A stretch of DNA of 62,967 nt, counting the filler, from Octopus bimaculoides (lineage: Eukaryota): NCBI RefSeq assembly GCF_001194135.2. It is 6 parts of 6 records of this genome, joined end to end, with 100 filler letters (N's around TTAATTAATTAA, not from the genome) between each part and the next. Parts side by side here need not be neighbours in the genome. Positions count along the whole stretch, not along the records: positions 22,971 to 39,820 come from NC_069009.1; 5 more parts are not named here. One strand, given 5' to 3'. The notes under the pieces are model-generated. The model was given only the letters and a program-made list of their open reading frames with translations. It did no database searches and was not told where the DNA came from. Shown piece after piece: positions 23,018-35,431 of this stretch; positions within the stretch are counted from its first letter, which is position 1; every line of letters begins with the position of its first letter. The position numbers were made by a program, and so were the translations under genes.

Positions 23018-25747
23018 TTTACACGACGGGCTTCTTTCAGTTTCCGTCTACCAAATCCACTCACAAGGCTTTGGTCGGCCCGAGGCTATAGTAGAAGACA
23101 CTTACCCAAGGTGCCATGTGAGTGGGACTGAACCCGGAACCATGTGGCTGGTAAGCAAGCTACTTACCACACAGCCACTGCTATGCCTATAATAATAATT
23201 TTTATTTATTTCCTCTACATCTGCAATTATCAATTTTGTGGGTTCTAATTCTGTTATCTCTGATGTTTGTCATGCATAAAACAAGGTGTGTTTGTTTGTC
23301 ATCATAAATATGCTACATATGTTCATAACTTAATTAGTAAACAATATTTCGGCTGATAAACCTTGTATGCCACTAATTTTCTGATAAACCAGCCTTGTAT
23401 ATATGTATTTAGTTGGTGTGCTTTCTTCTCTCTGTCTCTCTCTCTCTCTGTTTTTCTCATAAAGATATGTGATCTTTTGTTCTTGTGGAGTCAACAAAGT
23501 ACTTGTCAAGTACGGAGGTTTGCAAGCATGGCTGCTGTGTGGTTAAGAAGCTCGTTTTGCAACCATGTGGTTCTGGGTTCAATCCCATTGCAGAGTACCT
23601 TGAACAAAAGTCTTGTACTATAGCCCTCGCCTGACCAAAACCTGAGTGAATTTGATGAGGAAGCCTGACGTGTGTGTGTGTGTGTGTGTGCATATATATG
23701 TGTGTGTGTGTGTGCATATATATATATGTGTGTGTGTGTGAGTGTGTTAATGTATCTATGATGTATGTATGTATATAGATACAAAATCTATTACACTTAG
23801 GAGAGGGTACTGCAAAGTTCTTGGCTTTGAGGGTATTGTGAAAGGCCTGGTTGGTGGCCTAGTCTTCTAAGTTCTTTTAAGGGCTGCTGCAATAAATGTT
23901 TGAATCACTGCAGCCATGTTAGAGCACCAACTTCAGTCAAACAAATTGACCCCAGGGCTTATCCTTTATAAGCCTAGTATTTTTTCTGTTGTCCCTTTTG
24001 CCGAACTGCTAATGTTATGGTGATGTAAACACACCAACATTGGTTGTGAAGCGATCGTAGGGAACACACACACACACACGCACACGCACACACACACACA
24101 CACACACACATAACAGGCTTCTGTCAGTTTCCGTCCACTGAATCAACTCACAAGGCTTTGGTCAGCCCAAGGCTACAGTAGAAGACACTCGCCCAAAATT
24201 CCATGCAGTGGGACTAAACCTGGAACCATGTGGTTGGTAAGCAAGCTACTTACCACACAGCTACAGTTGAATTAGGTACTTAAATTGAGGCGCCAAGCCA
24301 GTTTGGTATAATTAGAATAAGTAACAAGGATGTCCAGGTATCAATACATTACATGGTTCCGGGTTCGGTCCCACTGTATGGCACCTTGGGCAAGTGTCTT
24401 GTACTGTAGCCTCAGGTGAGCCAAAGCCTTGTGAGTGGATTTGGTAGGTAGAAACTAAAAAGAATCCCGTTTTACATGTGTGTGTGTTCATGTGTTTACG
24501 TATCCGTAACTTAGCAGTTTGACAAAAAAGAATGGTAGAATAAGTCCTGCAGTTGATTTGCTCGACTAAAGGTGGTGCTGCAGCATGGCCGCAGTCAAAT
24601 GACTGAAACAAGTAAAGGAATAAAAGAATAGCTGATATATATATATATATATATATTAGGTGGGTGGTGGTGTGAGATGCTACCCTTGGTCTGTGTGTGT
24701 ATGCATGCATGTATATGTTTATGTGTGTGTATATGTGAGTGCATGTGTGTATGTGTGCATGTTAATGATTGAAACTAGAAAAAGATTAAACCTCTGGAAT
24801 TCAGATTACTCCTGTGAAATCCAGCTTTGTGCAGCTCCCAGAGAACAGTTTTTGTGGAAACTGGGTTCTCGAGGTGGTCATTAAGCTCTGNNNNNNNNNN
24901 NNNNNNNNNNNNNNNNNNNNNNNNNNNNNNNNNNNNNNNNNNNNNNNNNNNNNNNNNNNNNNNNNNNNNNNNNNNNNNNNNNNNNNNNNNTAAAGCCTGA
25001 AATATAAAGGGGTCTGCAAGTCAAAAAGTTTGAAAACCCCCGAGTTATACCATAAAGCAGGTAGAATATTTGGGCTGGATATGGCCGGTTTAAATGGCAA
25101 AGTTGATTTTGGTGAAAATGTTGGATGACAGCCAGTCCATTGTTTGTTGTCTTTTATGTTTTGTCTTTTACCTGTTTCAGTCATTAGAATGTGGCCATGT
25201 TGGGGCACCGCCTTGAATTTTTAAGCCAGGTTCTTAGTCTCTCAAACCACTTAGTTATTGGAACATAAACACACCAGTAGCGGTTGTCAAGTGGTGATGG
25301 AGTCATAAACACAGATGCTCACACATAGCTACATATATACATATACATATATATGACAGGCTTCTTTCAGTTTCCATCTACCAAATTCTCTCACAAGGCT
25401 ATAGTAGAAAACACTTGCCCAAGGTGCGACACAGTGGGACTGAACCTGGAACTATATGGTAGGGAAGCAAGCTTCTTAACACACAGCCACTCCTGTGCCT
25501 TGTACTTGTTTCAGTCATTGAACTGTGGCCATGCTGGGGCACCAGCATGAAGGGTTCAATGAAACAAATTGACCCCAGTACTTGTTTTTTGTTTTTTTTC
25601 TTTTTAAGCTTTGTACTTATTCTGTTGGCCTCTTTTGCTGAACTGGTAAGTTATGGGGATGGGGGTATAAGGAAACGAATACCAACTGTCAAATGGTGGT
25701 TTAGGACAAGCACACATAACATACATATGTATGTATGTATGTATGTA

Positions 25748-25827
<80 letters not shown>

Positions 25828-25866
25828 TGCATACATATATATACACATACATACATACATATATAT

Positions 25867-25912
<46 letters not shown>

Positions 25913-26463
25913 TCACAAATATAAGGACATAGGAAATGTGTCAAGGCCAACAGGATGCGGTCCAGCTTCCTAGGGCTAAATAGCAGCAGTATGATTCCCT
26001 TATTGGGACTGTCACATTAAGTTGGCAGTATACAACTACTTTATATATATACTTTTTTACTTTTTTTCGTTTCAGTCATTAGACTGTGGCCATGCTGGGG
26101 CACTTCCTAAATATATGGTTAATATAATACAAGGATGGAATATAACAGGGCTTTATAGTAGATCACAACATTTGTTTGAGCACCACACGCCAGCTTTAAG
26201 TGGTGTGGACCACAAATGCTGAGATCTACGGAAGCCTGTTATCCTCCATGTTCATGTTATATTATCCTTGTATCAATCTCATGTGAAGTGGAGTTCTTCA
26301 CATGTATCTGGTGAGCCTGGAATATACCCTGCTGTAGGAATACCATGTGGTAGTGAAATAATGGCATAAAAGCTCTTAAATGCACATTATGAGGTTTTCA
26401 CCCAAGTTATACTATATATATATATTGAGAAAAAGGTGGCAGTCAGAATATATACGCACAATG

Positions 26464-26496
<33 letters not shown>

Positions 26497-26520
26497 GGTA
26501 TGTATATATATATATATATG

Positions 26521-26570
<50 letters not shown>

Positions 26571-26572
26571 TA

Positions 26573-26614
<42 letters not shown>

Positions 26615-27152
26615 AGTAAAATACACCATTTCAAGCATGGCCGTCGCCAGTACCGCCTGACTGGCCCTTGTGCCGGTGGCACGTAAAACACTCACTACAC
26701 TCTTGGAGCGGTTGCCGTTAGGAAGGGCATCCAGCTGTAGAAACTCTGCCAGATCAGATTGGAGCCTGGTGCAGCCATCCGGTTCGCCATTCCTCAGTCA
26801 AATCATTCAACCCATGCTAGCATGGAAAGCGGACGTTAAACAATGATGATGATGAATGGTCTTCCACACAGTTTCTGTCTATCAAATCCACTCACAAGGC
26901 TTTGGTCAACCTGAGGCTATAGTAGAAGACATCTGTTATGTAGTGAGACTGGACCCAGATCAGTGATTTGAGAAACAAATTTCTTACCACACAGTCACAC
27001 CTATGCCTGGCCACTCTCGTCTGCTTTTATTTCCATAATAACTGCCTCTGTCTGTCTGTTTGTTTACATCCATTTACTCATTCATTGTACTGACCTCTTT
27101 GTCTATCTGTTTGTCCCACTGACCAGTGTGTTTCTTGCTTATATTTCCTCAG

Positions 27153-27323
27153 GATTGGTCTGTCTGTCCAATCAACTGAGCAACAGATCACTATGGCCAG
27201 CGTCCGAAATGAACGCAAGAACCATGAAGTGTACAAGATCCACATGGCCACCGCCCATGATTGGGAGGATGAGAAAAGGAAAGGGAAGAAAATCTCTGAT
27301 GATGGAACCATGACATTCTTTTG
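27153..27323 (+). CDS. PTDSS2: Exon 10 (first PTDSS2-homologous exon): (W)[56 protein letters not shown](W)
   Basis: atttcctcag|G ... TG|gtaagt. The in-frame ATG at 27193 has a strong Kozak context (ACT ATG G). Confidence 0.9.
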
Positions 27324-30300
27324 GTAAGTCTTTTACTGCTGTTGTTGTTGTTAATTCCATATCATTCACCATTGGGTGGACCTATGATCAAAAACAGGAA
27401 ACAGTAGGGTGCAATTTGTGGGAGATTTGGCTGCTATTTCTAGCAGTCCTAGCGACCATGTAGAGGTTTGTTTCATTGGCTCATATATTTGTTGTTGTTG
27501 GCACTCCGTCGCTTACGACGTAGAGGTTTCCAGTTGATCTGATCAACGGAACAGCCTGCTCGTGAAATTAACGTGCAAGTGGCTGAGCACTCCACAGACA
27601 TGTGTACCCTTAACGTAGTTCTCGGGGATATTCAGCGTGACACAGTGTGACAAGGCTGACCCTTTGAATTATAGGCACAACAGAAACAGGAAGTAAGAGT
27701 GAAAGAAAGTTGTGGTGGAAGAGTACAGCAGGGTTCGCCACCATCCCCTGCCGGAGCCTCGTGGAGCTTTAGGTGTTTTCGCTCAATAAACACTCACAAT
27801 GCTCGGTCTGGGAATCGAAACCGNNNNNNNNNNAAGTGGCTGAGCACTCCACAGACATGTGTACCCTTAACGTAGTTCTCGGGGATATTCAGCGTGACAC
27901 AGTGTGACAAGGCTGACCCTTTGAATTATAGGCACAACAGAAACAGGAAGTAAGAGTGAAAGAAAGTTGTGGTGGAAGAGTACAGCAGGGTTCGCCACCA
28001 TCCCCTGCCGGAGCCTCGTGGAGCTTTAGGTGTTTTCGCTCAATAAACACTCACAATGCTCGGTCTGGGAATCGAAACCGCGATCCTATGACCGCAAGTT
28101 CGCTGCCCTAACCACTGGGCCATTGCACCTCCACCTCGTATATTTATGCATACATAAAACAGCAGGGTGTGATTTGAAGGAGATTTGACTGCTATTTCTA
28201 GTAGGTAAAGCTATCATTTAGAACAGGCGTCACCAAACGTTTTTCACAGTGGGCCAGGTAACTGAGAGGATAATGAGCGTGGGCCGCATAGCCATTTGGT
28301 TCAATACAATACATGAATACCCAAAAAATAAAGACGACCAACATATTTATTTACCAAAATGTTATCAAAGAAGGCTGTGTTAGAAGTAAGGTAACTATAT
28401 CACAGCGAGTGCGCACATATCCGAATCTCACAAACTAAGCAGCCAAAATGGTTAGTGAGATTTTGTGAAACTGGTATTTAGCTTTTAAGATATCATCAAT
28501 ATTTGATTTGAAAACCTCGTTCGATGTGCTGACTTCACATTCTTCCTTTTTGAAAATGTTTGCTCACAGACATAAGTTGTTCTAAAAACTGATGCCATAC
28601 CAGAGGCAAATGAACTCTCATTACAGGTACTTCCACAAAAAGTACAGTGCGGCGGTTGGCCAAGTGAACTGACCTCATGGGCCGGATCCGGCCCGTGGGC
28701 TGTAATTTGGTAAACCCTGATTTAGAAGGTTCCTTCATTGACTCATAGTTATATATGTCTGTGAGTTGTGATTTGAGGGAGATTTGGCTGCTTTTTCTAG
28801 TAGGTATAGCTATTATATAGAAGGTTCCTTCATTGACTCATGACTGTGGGGTGTGATTTGAGGGAGATTTGGCTGCTATTTCTTGTAGGTATGTTGTTGT
28901 TGGAACTCCGTCGCTTATGACGTCAAGGGTTCCAGTTGATCCGATCAACGGAACAGCCTCCTCATGAAATTAACGTGCAAGTGGCTGAGCACTCCACAGA
29001 CACATGTACCCTTAACGTAGTTCTCAGGGGATATTCAGCGTGACACAGTGTGACAAGGCTGACCCTTTGAATTACAGGCACAACATAAACAGGAAGAAAG
29101 AGTGAGAGAAAGTTGTGGTGAAAGAGTACAGCAGGGTTCACCACCATCCCCTGCTGGAGCCTCGTGGAGCTTTAGGTGTTTTCGCTCAATAAACACTCAC
29201 AATGCTCGCTCTGGGAATCGAAACCGCGATCCTATGACCGCGAGTCCGCTGCCCTAACCACTGGGCCATTGGGCCTCCACGCTNNNNNNNNNNNNNNNNN
29301 NNNNNNNNNNNNNNNNNNNNNNNNNNNNNNNNNNNNNNNNNNNNNNNNNNNNNNNNNNNNNNNNNNNNNNNNNNNNNNGTGGGACAAGGCTGGCCCTTTG
29401 AAATACAGGTACAACAGAAATAGGAAGTAAGAGTGAGAGAAAGTTGTGGTGAAAGAGTACAGCAGGGTTCACCACCATCCCCTGCTGGAGCCTCGTGGAG
29501 CTTTAGGTGTTTTCGCTCAATAAACACTCACAATGCTCGCTCTGGGAATCGAAACCGCGATCCTATGACCGCGAGTCCGCTGCCCTAACCACTGGGCCAT
29601 TGGGCCTCCACGCTGTAATCATAGATCCTAGCCATAAACCCTAACCCTATTTCTTACCCAAATAATGACCCTTTCTCATGTTTCTTTTGTGTATTTTCTA
29701 CAGGCGGGCCCATACGTTGACCACACTCTTCATATTCAGTTTTATACTGGTCTATGTATCGGTCTTTGAAGAAACCTCACCAAACACCAATTTCAATATC
29801 AAGAGGTAAGGTGTTGCAGTTGCTTTTGTATTCATTGTTGTTTGACCCTCGGTCAGTTTTCTGATTCAGCAGATCTGTGATCAAAGATGTTCCAACTCTG
29901 ACCACCCCATCTATTATTCAGGCCTAGTGTATCCAGGACTGCATTGTCTAATGTATAGTATAGTTGTTAGTATTAATGGCTATAGTTTTTGTTGTTGTTT
30001 AGCCCCAGGCAGATCCTGATCAGGAAGACCTATGATCAAAAATGTTCCATCGGTGACCACCCCATCTTTTATTCAGGCATGGTGTATCCAGGACTACATT
30101 GTCTAATGTATAGTATAGTTGTTAGTATTAATAGCTATAGTTTTTGTTGTTGTTTAGCCCCAGGCAGATCCTGATCAGGAAGACCTATGATCAAAAATGT
30201 TCCATCGGTGACCACCCCATCTTTTATTCAGGCATGGTGTNNNNNNNNNNNNNNNNNNNNNNNNNNNNNNNNNNNNNNNNNNNNNNNNNNNNNNNNNNNN

Positions 30301-31309
30301 NNNNNNNNNNNNNNNNNNNNNNNNNNNNNNNNNNNNNNNNNNNNNNNNNNNNNNNNNNNNNNNNNNNNNGTCTAATGTATAGTATAGTTGTTAGTATTAA
30401 TGGCTATAGTTTTTGTTGTTGTTGTTTAGCCCCAGGCAGATCCTGATCAGGAAGACCTATGATCAAAGATGTTCCAGTTGTGACCACCCCATCTTTTATT
30501 CAGACATAGTGTAAAATAGTGAGCTTATATAGGTATGTGAATATTTTGAAAATGCCTCCTGGAGTGACCATTGTGCCTTGAAGAGTTACAGGCTGCCCTT
30601 TGGCAAGGTATAACACCCATTCAGCCACCCTGCTAGGGACATGGTGGTGTCATGTGGCTGCTGCATGGCGGAGTGTGAAGAAGTAGTGGAAGACCTCAAC
30701 CAAGTCTGTGGTGCTTCTTACATTGAAGCTGAGTGGAGAAATCCTAGAACTCGGTGATCCTGACTGGTGACCTTCTATCCAGAGAATAACTGTAATGCAT
30801 CCATAGGAGTGATATCCATGGTTGTGCAATCAGCTAATGGAAGATTCACAAAGTCTCAAAGCTCCCAGTTGAAATTCATAATGGAATTGGATGGTGACAA
30901 AGTCATGGGAATCTGCGAAAGCAGTATGGTGGATTGTGGAGAGGTAGAAGAAGAGCTCAACTGAGCCAATGGTGCTTCTTACATTGATGCTGAGCGAAGG
31001 AATCCCAGAATATCAACAGTCAGGATCACCTAGTTCTATCAAGAGAGTAACTTTAATGCATAAATAGGGGTTGTGTAATCCAGGGGTTTTCAAACTGTGG
31101 TGTAATCAGCTAATGGAAGATTCACAAAGTCTCAAAGCTCCCAGTTGAAATTCATAATGGAATTGGATGGTGACAAAAGTGGTTGATGTATATTATATTA
31201 TGTTATATTTATATTATATGTGGGTGGTGTCCATGATTATGTAATCAGCTAATGAAAGATTCAGGAAGTCTCAAGGTGCCAATTCAAATTCTTAATAATG
31301 GAAATAGAT

Positions 31310-31348
<39 letters not shown>

Positions 31349-31515
31349 TGGGAATTCATAGAAGCAGCCTGGTCAAGGAAGAAAGAGGGAGTTTAGACAT
31401 GAGTAAATAGATCTTTTGCACACATGGATATCATTGTCATATTTTATAATTGTGAGAGAGGCTCTTCTCTCCTTTCTCACTTTGTCTCTGTGTGTGTGTG
31501 TCTCTCTCTCTCTCT

Positions 31516-31549
<34 letters not shown>

Positions 31550-31917
31550 CTCTCTTCTCCTCTCTCTCTCTCTCTCAGTCTCTCTCCCCCTCTCTCCCTC
31601 TCGCTTTCCCTCTCTCTCCTTCTCCCCCTCCCCCCCCTCTGTCTTTCTCCCTCTNNNNNNNNNNNNNNNNNNNNNNNNNNNNNNNNNNNNNNNNNNNNNN
31701 NNNNNNNNNNNNNNNNNNNNNNNNNNNNNNNNNNNNNNNNNNNNNNNNNNNNNNNNNNNNNNNNNNNNNNNNNNNCTCTCTCTCTCTCAGTCTCTCTCTC
31801 TCTCAGTCTCTCTCTCTCTCAGTCTCTCCCTCTCTCAGTCTCTCCCTCTCTCTCTCTCTCCCTCTCTCTCTCCCTCTCTCTTTCTCTCTCTCTCTCTCAG
31901 TCTCTCCCTCTCTCTCT

Positions 31918-31957
<40 letters not shown>

Positions 31958-32537
31958 GTGTCTCCTCTCTCTCTCTCACTCCTCTCACACCTCTCTTTTC
32001 TCATGCCTCTTTCTTTTTCTCTCCCTTTCTCCCACACCACTCCCCTCTCACTCTCCTCTCTCTTCTTTCTCTTCTCTCTCTCTCTCGACTCTCCACCTCT
32101 CCACCATCATTTGTTAACCAAAATCAGGTGTTAACGAGCTGTGAAGTAGGATCAGGGTAGGGAATATGCAGAGGAATTACACAGGTAAATGGAAGTCGGT
32201 CATCCCATTTAAAACTAGGTCAACATCTCTGTGGCATTATTCTGAGGGGAAACAAAAACTACGAGCAGTTTGGCCCAGTTTTCAAGACAATGTGTCACTC
32301 CACTAAAAGTAAATATATGGCCAGAAGCCAGTTGGGCAAGCCTCTCTTGACATGTTAGAAATAGCAGCCAAACCCACCTTAAGTTTTAACCCGTCAAGCC
32401 TGCGCTCTTCGACATAAAGGATTAAGAGGTGGGGGGGAAACAGAAAGAGAATGAAAAAATATGGAGAGAGAAAAAAATGTGCAGAGTTCAACAAGATGAG
32501 ATGATTGGAAAAAAAAAAGAGGCTGAATGAAAGGGAG

Positions 32538-32588
<51 letters not shown>

Positions 32589-33363
32589 GAGATGGACAAG
32601 AAACAATAAATCATATTATCTCTGGTTGCCCAGTCCTGGCTAAGAAAGAATATATTCACAGACACGACAGAGCTGGGACCTGTATACACTGGAAGCTATG
32701 CCAACACTATGGAATAACAACAGAAAAAAGATGGTATAAACACACGCCAGAAAAGGTCACAGAAAACGAGAAAGCAACCATATTCTGGGATATGCCAATA
32801 CACACAGATAGAGAAATTAAGGCAAATAGACCAGATATAGTTNNNNNNNNNNNNNNNNNNNNNNNNNNNNNNNNNNNNNNNNNNNNNNNNNNNNNNNNNN
32901 NNNNNNNNNNNNNNNNNNNNNNNNNNNNNNNNNNNNNNNNNNNNNNNNNNNNNNNNNNNNNNNNNNNNNNNNNNNNNNNNNNNNNNNNNNNNNNNNNNNN
33001 NNNNNNNNNNNNNNNNNNNNNNNNNNNNNNNNNNNNNNNNNNNNNNNNNNNNNNNNNNNNNNNNNNNNNNNNNNNNNNNNNNNNNNNNNNNNNNNNNNNN
33101 NNNNNNNNNNNNNNNNNNNNNNNNNNNNNNNNNNNNNNNNNNNNNNNNNNNNNNNNNNNNNNNNNNNNNNNNNNNNNNNNNNNNNNNNNNNNNNNNNNNN
33201 NNNNNNNNNNNNNNNNNNNNNNNNNNNNNNNNNNNNNNNNNNNNNNNNNNNNNNNNNNNNNNNNNNNNNNNNNNNNNNNNNNNNNNNNNNNNNNNNNNNN
33301 NNNNNNNNNNNNACAGAGCTGCGCTTGGTAGTGAAGTGAAAGCACGTTATAAAAATAAAACTA

Positions 33364-33396
<33 letters not shown>

Positions 33397-33882
33397 TATT
33401 ATTATTATTATTATTATTATAATGATAACAGTGATCTCAACAAACTAAAGTACACAAGTGCATGTGTGTATGTGAGAGTGGTGTGTGTGAGTGTGTATGT
33501 TTGGTTGGGGACGAGTGTGTGAATATGTATGTGTAGGCATGTGTGTGCACATGTGGACATGTGTATATGTGAGCATGTGTATGGATGTGTGTATATGTGT
33601 GAGGCTAACGTGTGTGTGTGTCTGTGACCAAATAGTGTGCATGTGTATGTTTGTGGACAAAAGTTGTGTGTGTGTGTATTCTGTGTTCAGGTATTATGTG
33701 AACATGACATCAAATATAAAATGTAGAGCAATCTTCAGCTGCACAAAGATATAGAAATTTAATGAAATTACATTTAAATATATATATGTATAATTCTGTG
33801 TGTATATATAGATATGAATTATTGTGTGTGTGTATATATAGATATGTATAATTGTGTGTGTGTGTATATATATATGTATAAT

Positions 33883-33941
<59 letters not shown>

Positions 33942-34129
33942 NNNNNNNNNNNNNNNNNNNNNNNNNNNNNNNNNNNNNNNNNNNNNNNNNNNNNNNNNNN
34001 NNNNNNNNNNNNNNNNNNNNNNNNNNNNNNNNNNNNNNNNNNNNNNNNNNNNNNNNNNNNNNNNNNNNNNNNNNNNNNNNNNNNNNNNNNNNNNNNNNNN
34101 NNNNNNNNNNNNNNNNNNNNNNNNNNNNN

Positions 34130-34185
<56 letters not shown>

Positions 34186-35431
34186 TCTGTGTGTGTGTAA
34201 TCACATGTCCCATTTTCCCGTGCTAGCATAAGTGTAGCGAGAAGACTATATATATCTAAGCTAGAATTTCATGGTCTGATGGTCTCTCACCAACCTTTCA
34301 CCTGCTTTTCCAAGAGAGAGATCTTATTTTATGGCACAGGACTTCAAAAGTACAGAATGACTAAATGTTATGGAAAGACAGAATGTAAACATCTTTCATT
34401 GTTTTTTTGATGACAAGATTCACACATGTGAGCTAACACACACAGTCACATGCGTATATGTATGTATACCTGTCTGTCTCTTTCACTTTTCACTCTCTTT
34501 CTTACTAATATATATGCAGCAGGAGAGACGACTTCGCTGGTATGGTCATGTGGCGAGAATGGATGGGGATAGTTATATGAAAAAATGCCATACCCTAGCG
34601 GTTGAGGGAACCTGTGAAAGAGGTAGACCCAGGAAGACCTGGGATGAGGTGGTGAAGCACGACCTTCGAAGATTAGGCCTCACTGAGGCAATGATTAGTG
34701 ACCGTGACTTTTGGAAATATGCTGTGCATGAGAAGACCTGGCAAGCCAAGTGAGACCATAATCTGTGCCAGTGGAACGCAAAGAGAATCATCCAAGCGTG
34801 ATCGTTGCCAGAGCAGCTGACTAGCTTCCATGCCGGTGGCACATAAAAAGCATCATTCGAGCATGATTGTTACTAGCATCGCCTTCCTGGCACTTGTGCT
34901 AGCGGCACGTGGAAAAAACATTCGAGCGAGGTCGTTGCCAGTGCTGCTGGACTGGCTCCTGTGCAGGTGGCACGAAAATACACCACTTGAGCGTGGCCGT
35001 TGCCAGTACTGCCTGACTGGCCCTCGTGCCAGTGGCACGTAAAAGCACCCACTACACTGAATCTTCCTGTGAATTACATTAAGGGTATGCATGTCTGTGG
35101 AATACTCAGCCACTTGTCACATTCTGTATCACACTGAATGTCCCTGAAAATTACATTAAGGGTACGCATGTCTGAGGAACACTCAGCCACTTGTCACATT
35201 CTGTATCACACTGAATCTCCCTGAAAATTACATTAAGGGTATGCATGTCTGTGGAGTACTCAGCCATGCCTTATAAGCTAAGCAATGTTGTAAATGTATT
35301 TGTTGGTTTGGTGAACAACGTAGTGATGAGGCTCTGTTTCTCTTCCAGGGGCATTGTAGCTGCAGTTTTCACCTTCTTGTTATTTGGTGTCACACAAACG
35401 CCTGATGGGCCATTTAGGAGACCACATCCTG
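27153..35431 (+). CDS. PTDSS2: Phosphatidylserine synthase 2, N-terminal three exons (3' incomplete): join(27153..27323,29704..29805,35349..35431)
   Basis: The spliced peptide ...[12 protein letters not shown]|[33 protein letters not shown]|[28 protein letters not shown] matches the conserved PSS2 N-terminus as recalled (DDGTNTFFWRAHTLTVLF...[30 protein letters not shown]). Confidence 0.93.
28224..28719. mobile_element. Non-autonomous hAT-type element (MITE) with a perfect 8-bp target-site duplication ATTTAGAA
   Basis: Termini CAGGCGTCACCAAA / TTTGGTAAACCCTG; TSD at 28216-28223 and 28720-28727; inserted within another repeat. Confidence 0.92.
28890..29612 (-). mobile_element. Two tandem copies of SINE family C separated by an N-gap
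   Basis: Each copy ends in ...ctaaccactgggccattgggcctccac, the reverse complement of the tRNA-like head. Confidence 0.85.
29704..29805 (+). CDS. PTDSS2: Exon 11 (102 nt): [33 protein letters not shown](R), includes a transmembrane helix
   Basis: ttttctacag|G ... AG|gtaagg; phase 2/2. Confidence 0.93.
29835..30495 (+). repeat. Tandem array of family E, about 155-bp unit, partly gapped
   Basis: 29989-30143 is repeated nearly identically at 30144 onward and again after the gap. Confidence 0.85.
30690..31310 (+). repeat. Local tandem duplication/triplication (aatcagctaatggaagattcacaaagtctcaaagctcccagttgaaattcataatggaattggatggtgacaaa x3; ggtgcttcttacattga.gctgag x2)
   Basis: Copies near 30825, 31102 and 31243. 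Confidence 0.8.
32590..33370 (+). mobile_element. 5'-truncated R4/Dong-type non-LTR retrotransposon inserted in (TAA)n
   Basis: [11 protein letters not shown] (zinc-knuckle remnant)...[19 protein letters not shown] (PD-(D/E)xK nuclease start); flanked by AAT repeats on both sides. Confidence 0.88.
34516..34755 (+). mobile_element. RTE LINE ORF C-terminus
   Basis: [15 protein letters not shown]...[20 protein letters not shown]...DRDFWKYAV*. Confidence 0.92.
35054..35268 (+). repeat. About 76-bp unit repeated three times (SINE family C tail)
   Basis: cacactgaat.tccctgaaaattacattaagggta.gcatgtctg.gga.tactcagccac repeated directly. Confidence 0.85.
35349..35431 (+). CDS. PTDSS2: Exon 12 (83 nt): [27 protein letters not shown]
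   Basis: tcttccag|G ... G|gtaagt; contains the DGPFxRPHP motif typical of base-exchange PS synthases. Confidence 0.93.

Noticed and set aside
27587-28070. Perfect tandem duplication of about 237 bp of SINE C
   Set aside because: The copies are identical and separated by a 10-N gap, typical of overlapping contig ends. The same applies at 2840-2970, 19960-20090 and 49420-49520.
32148-32204. Possible 57-nt cassette exon in PTDSS2 intron (aaaatcag|GTG...CAG|gtaaat)
   Set aside because: Stops in all three frames and a weak acceptor; a poison exon cannot be supported from sequence alone.
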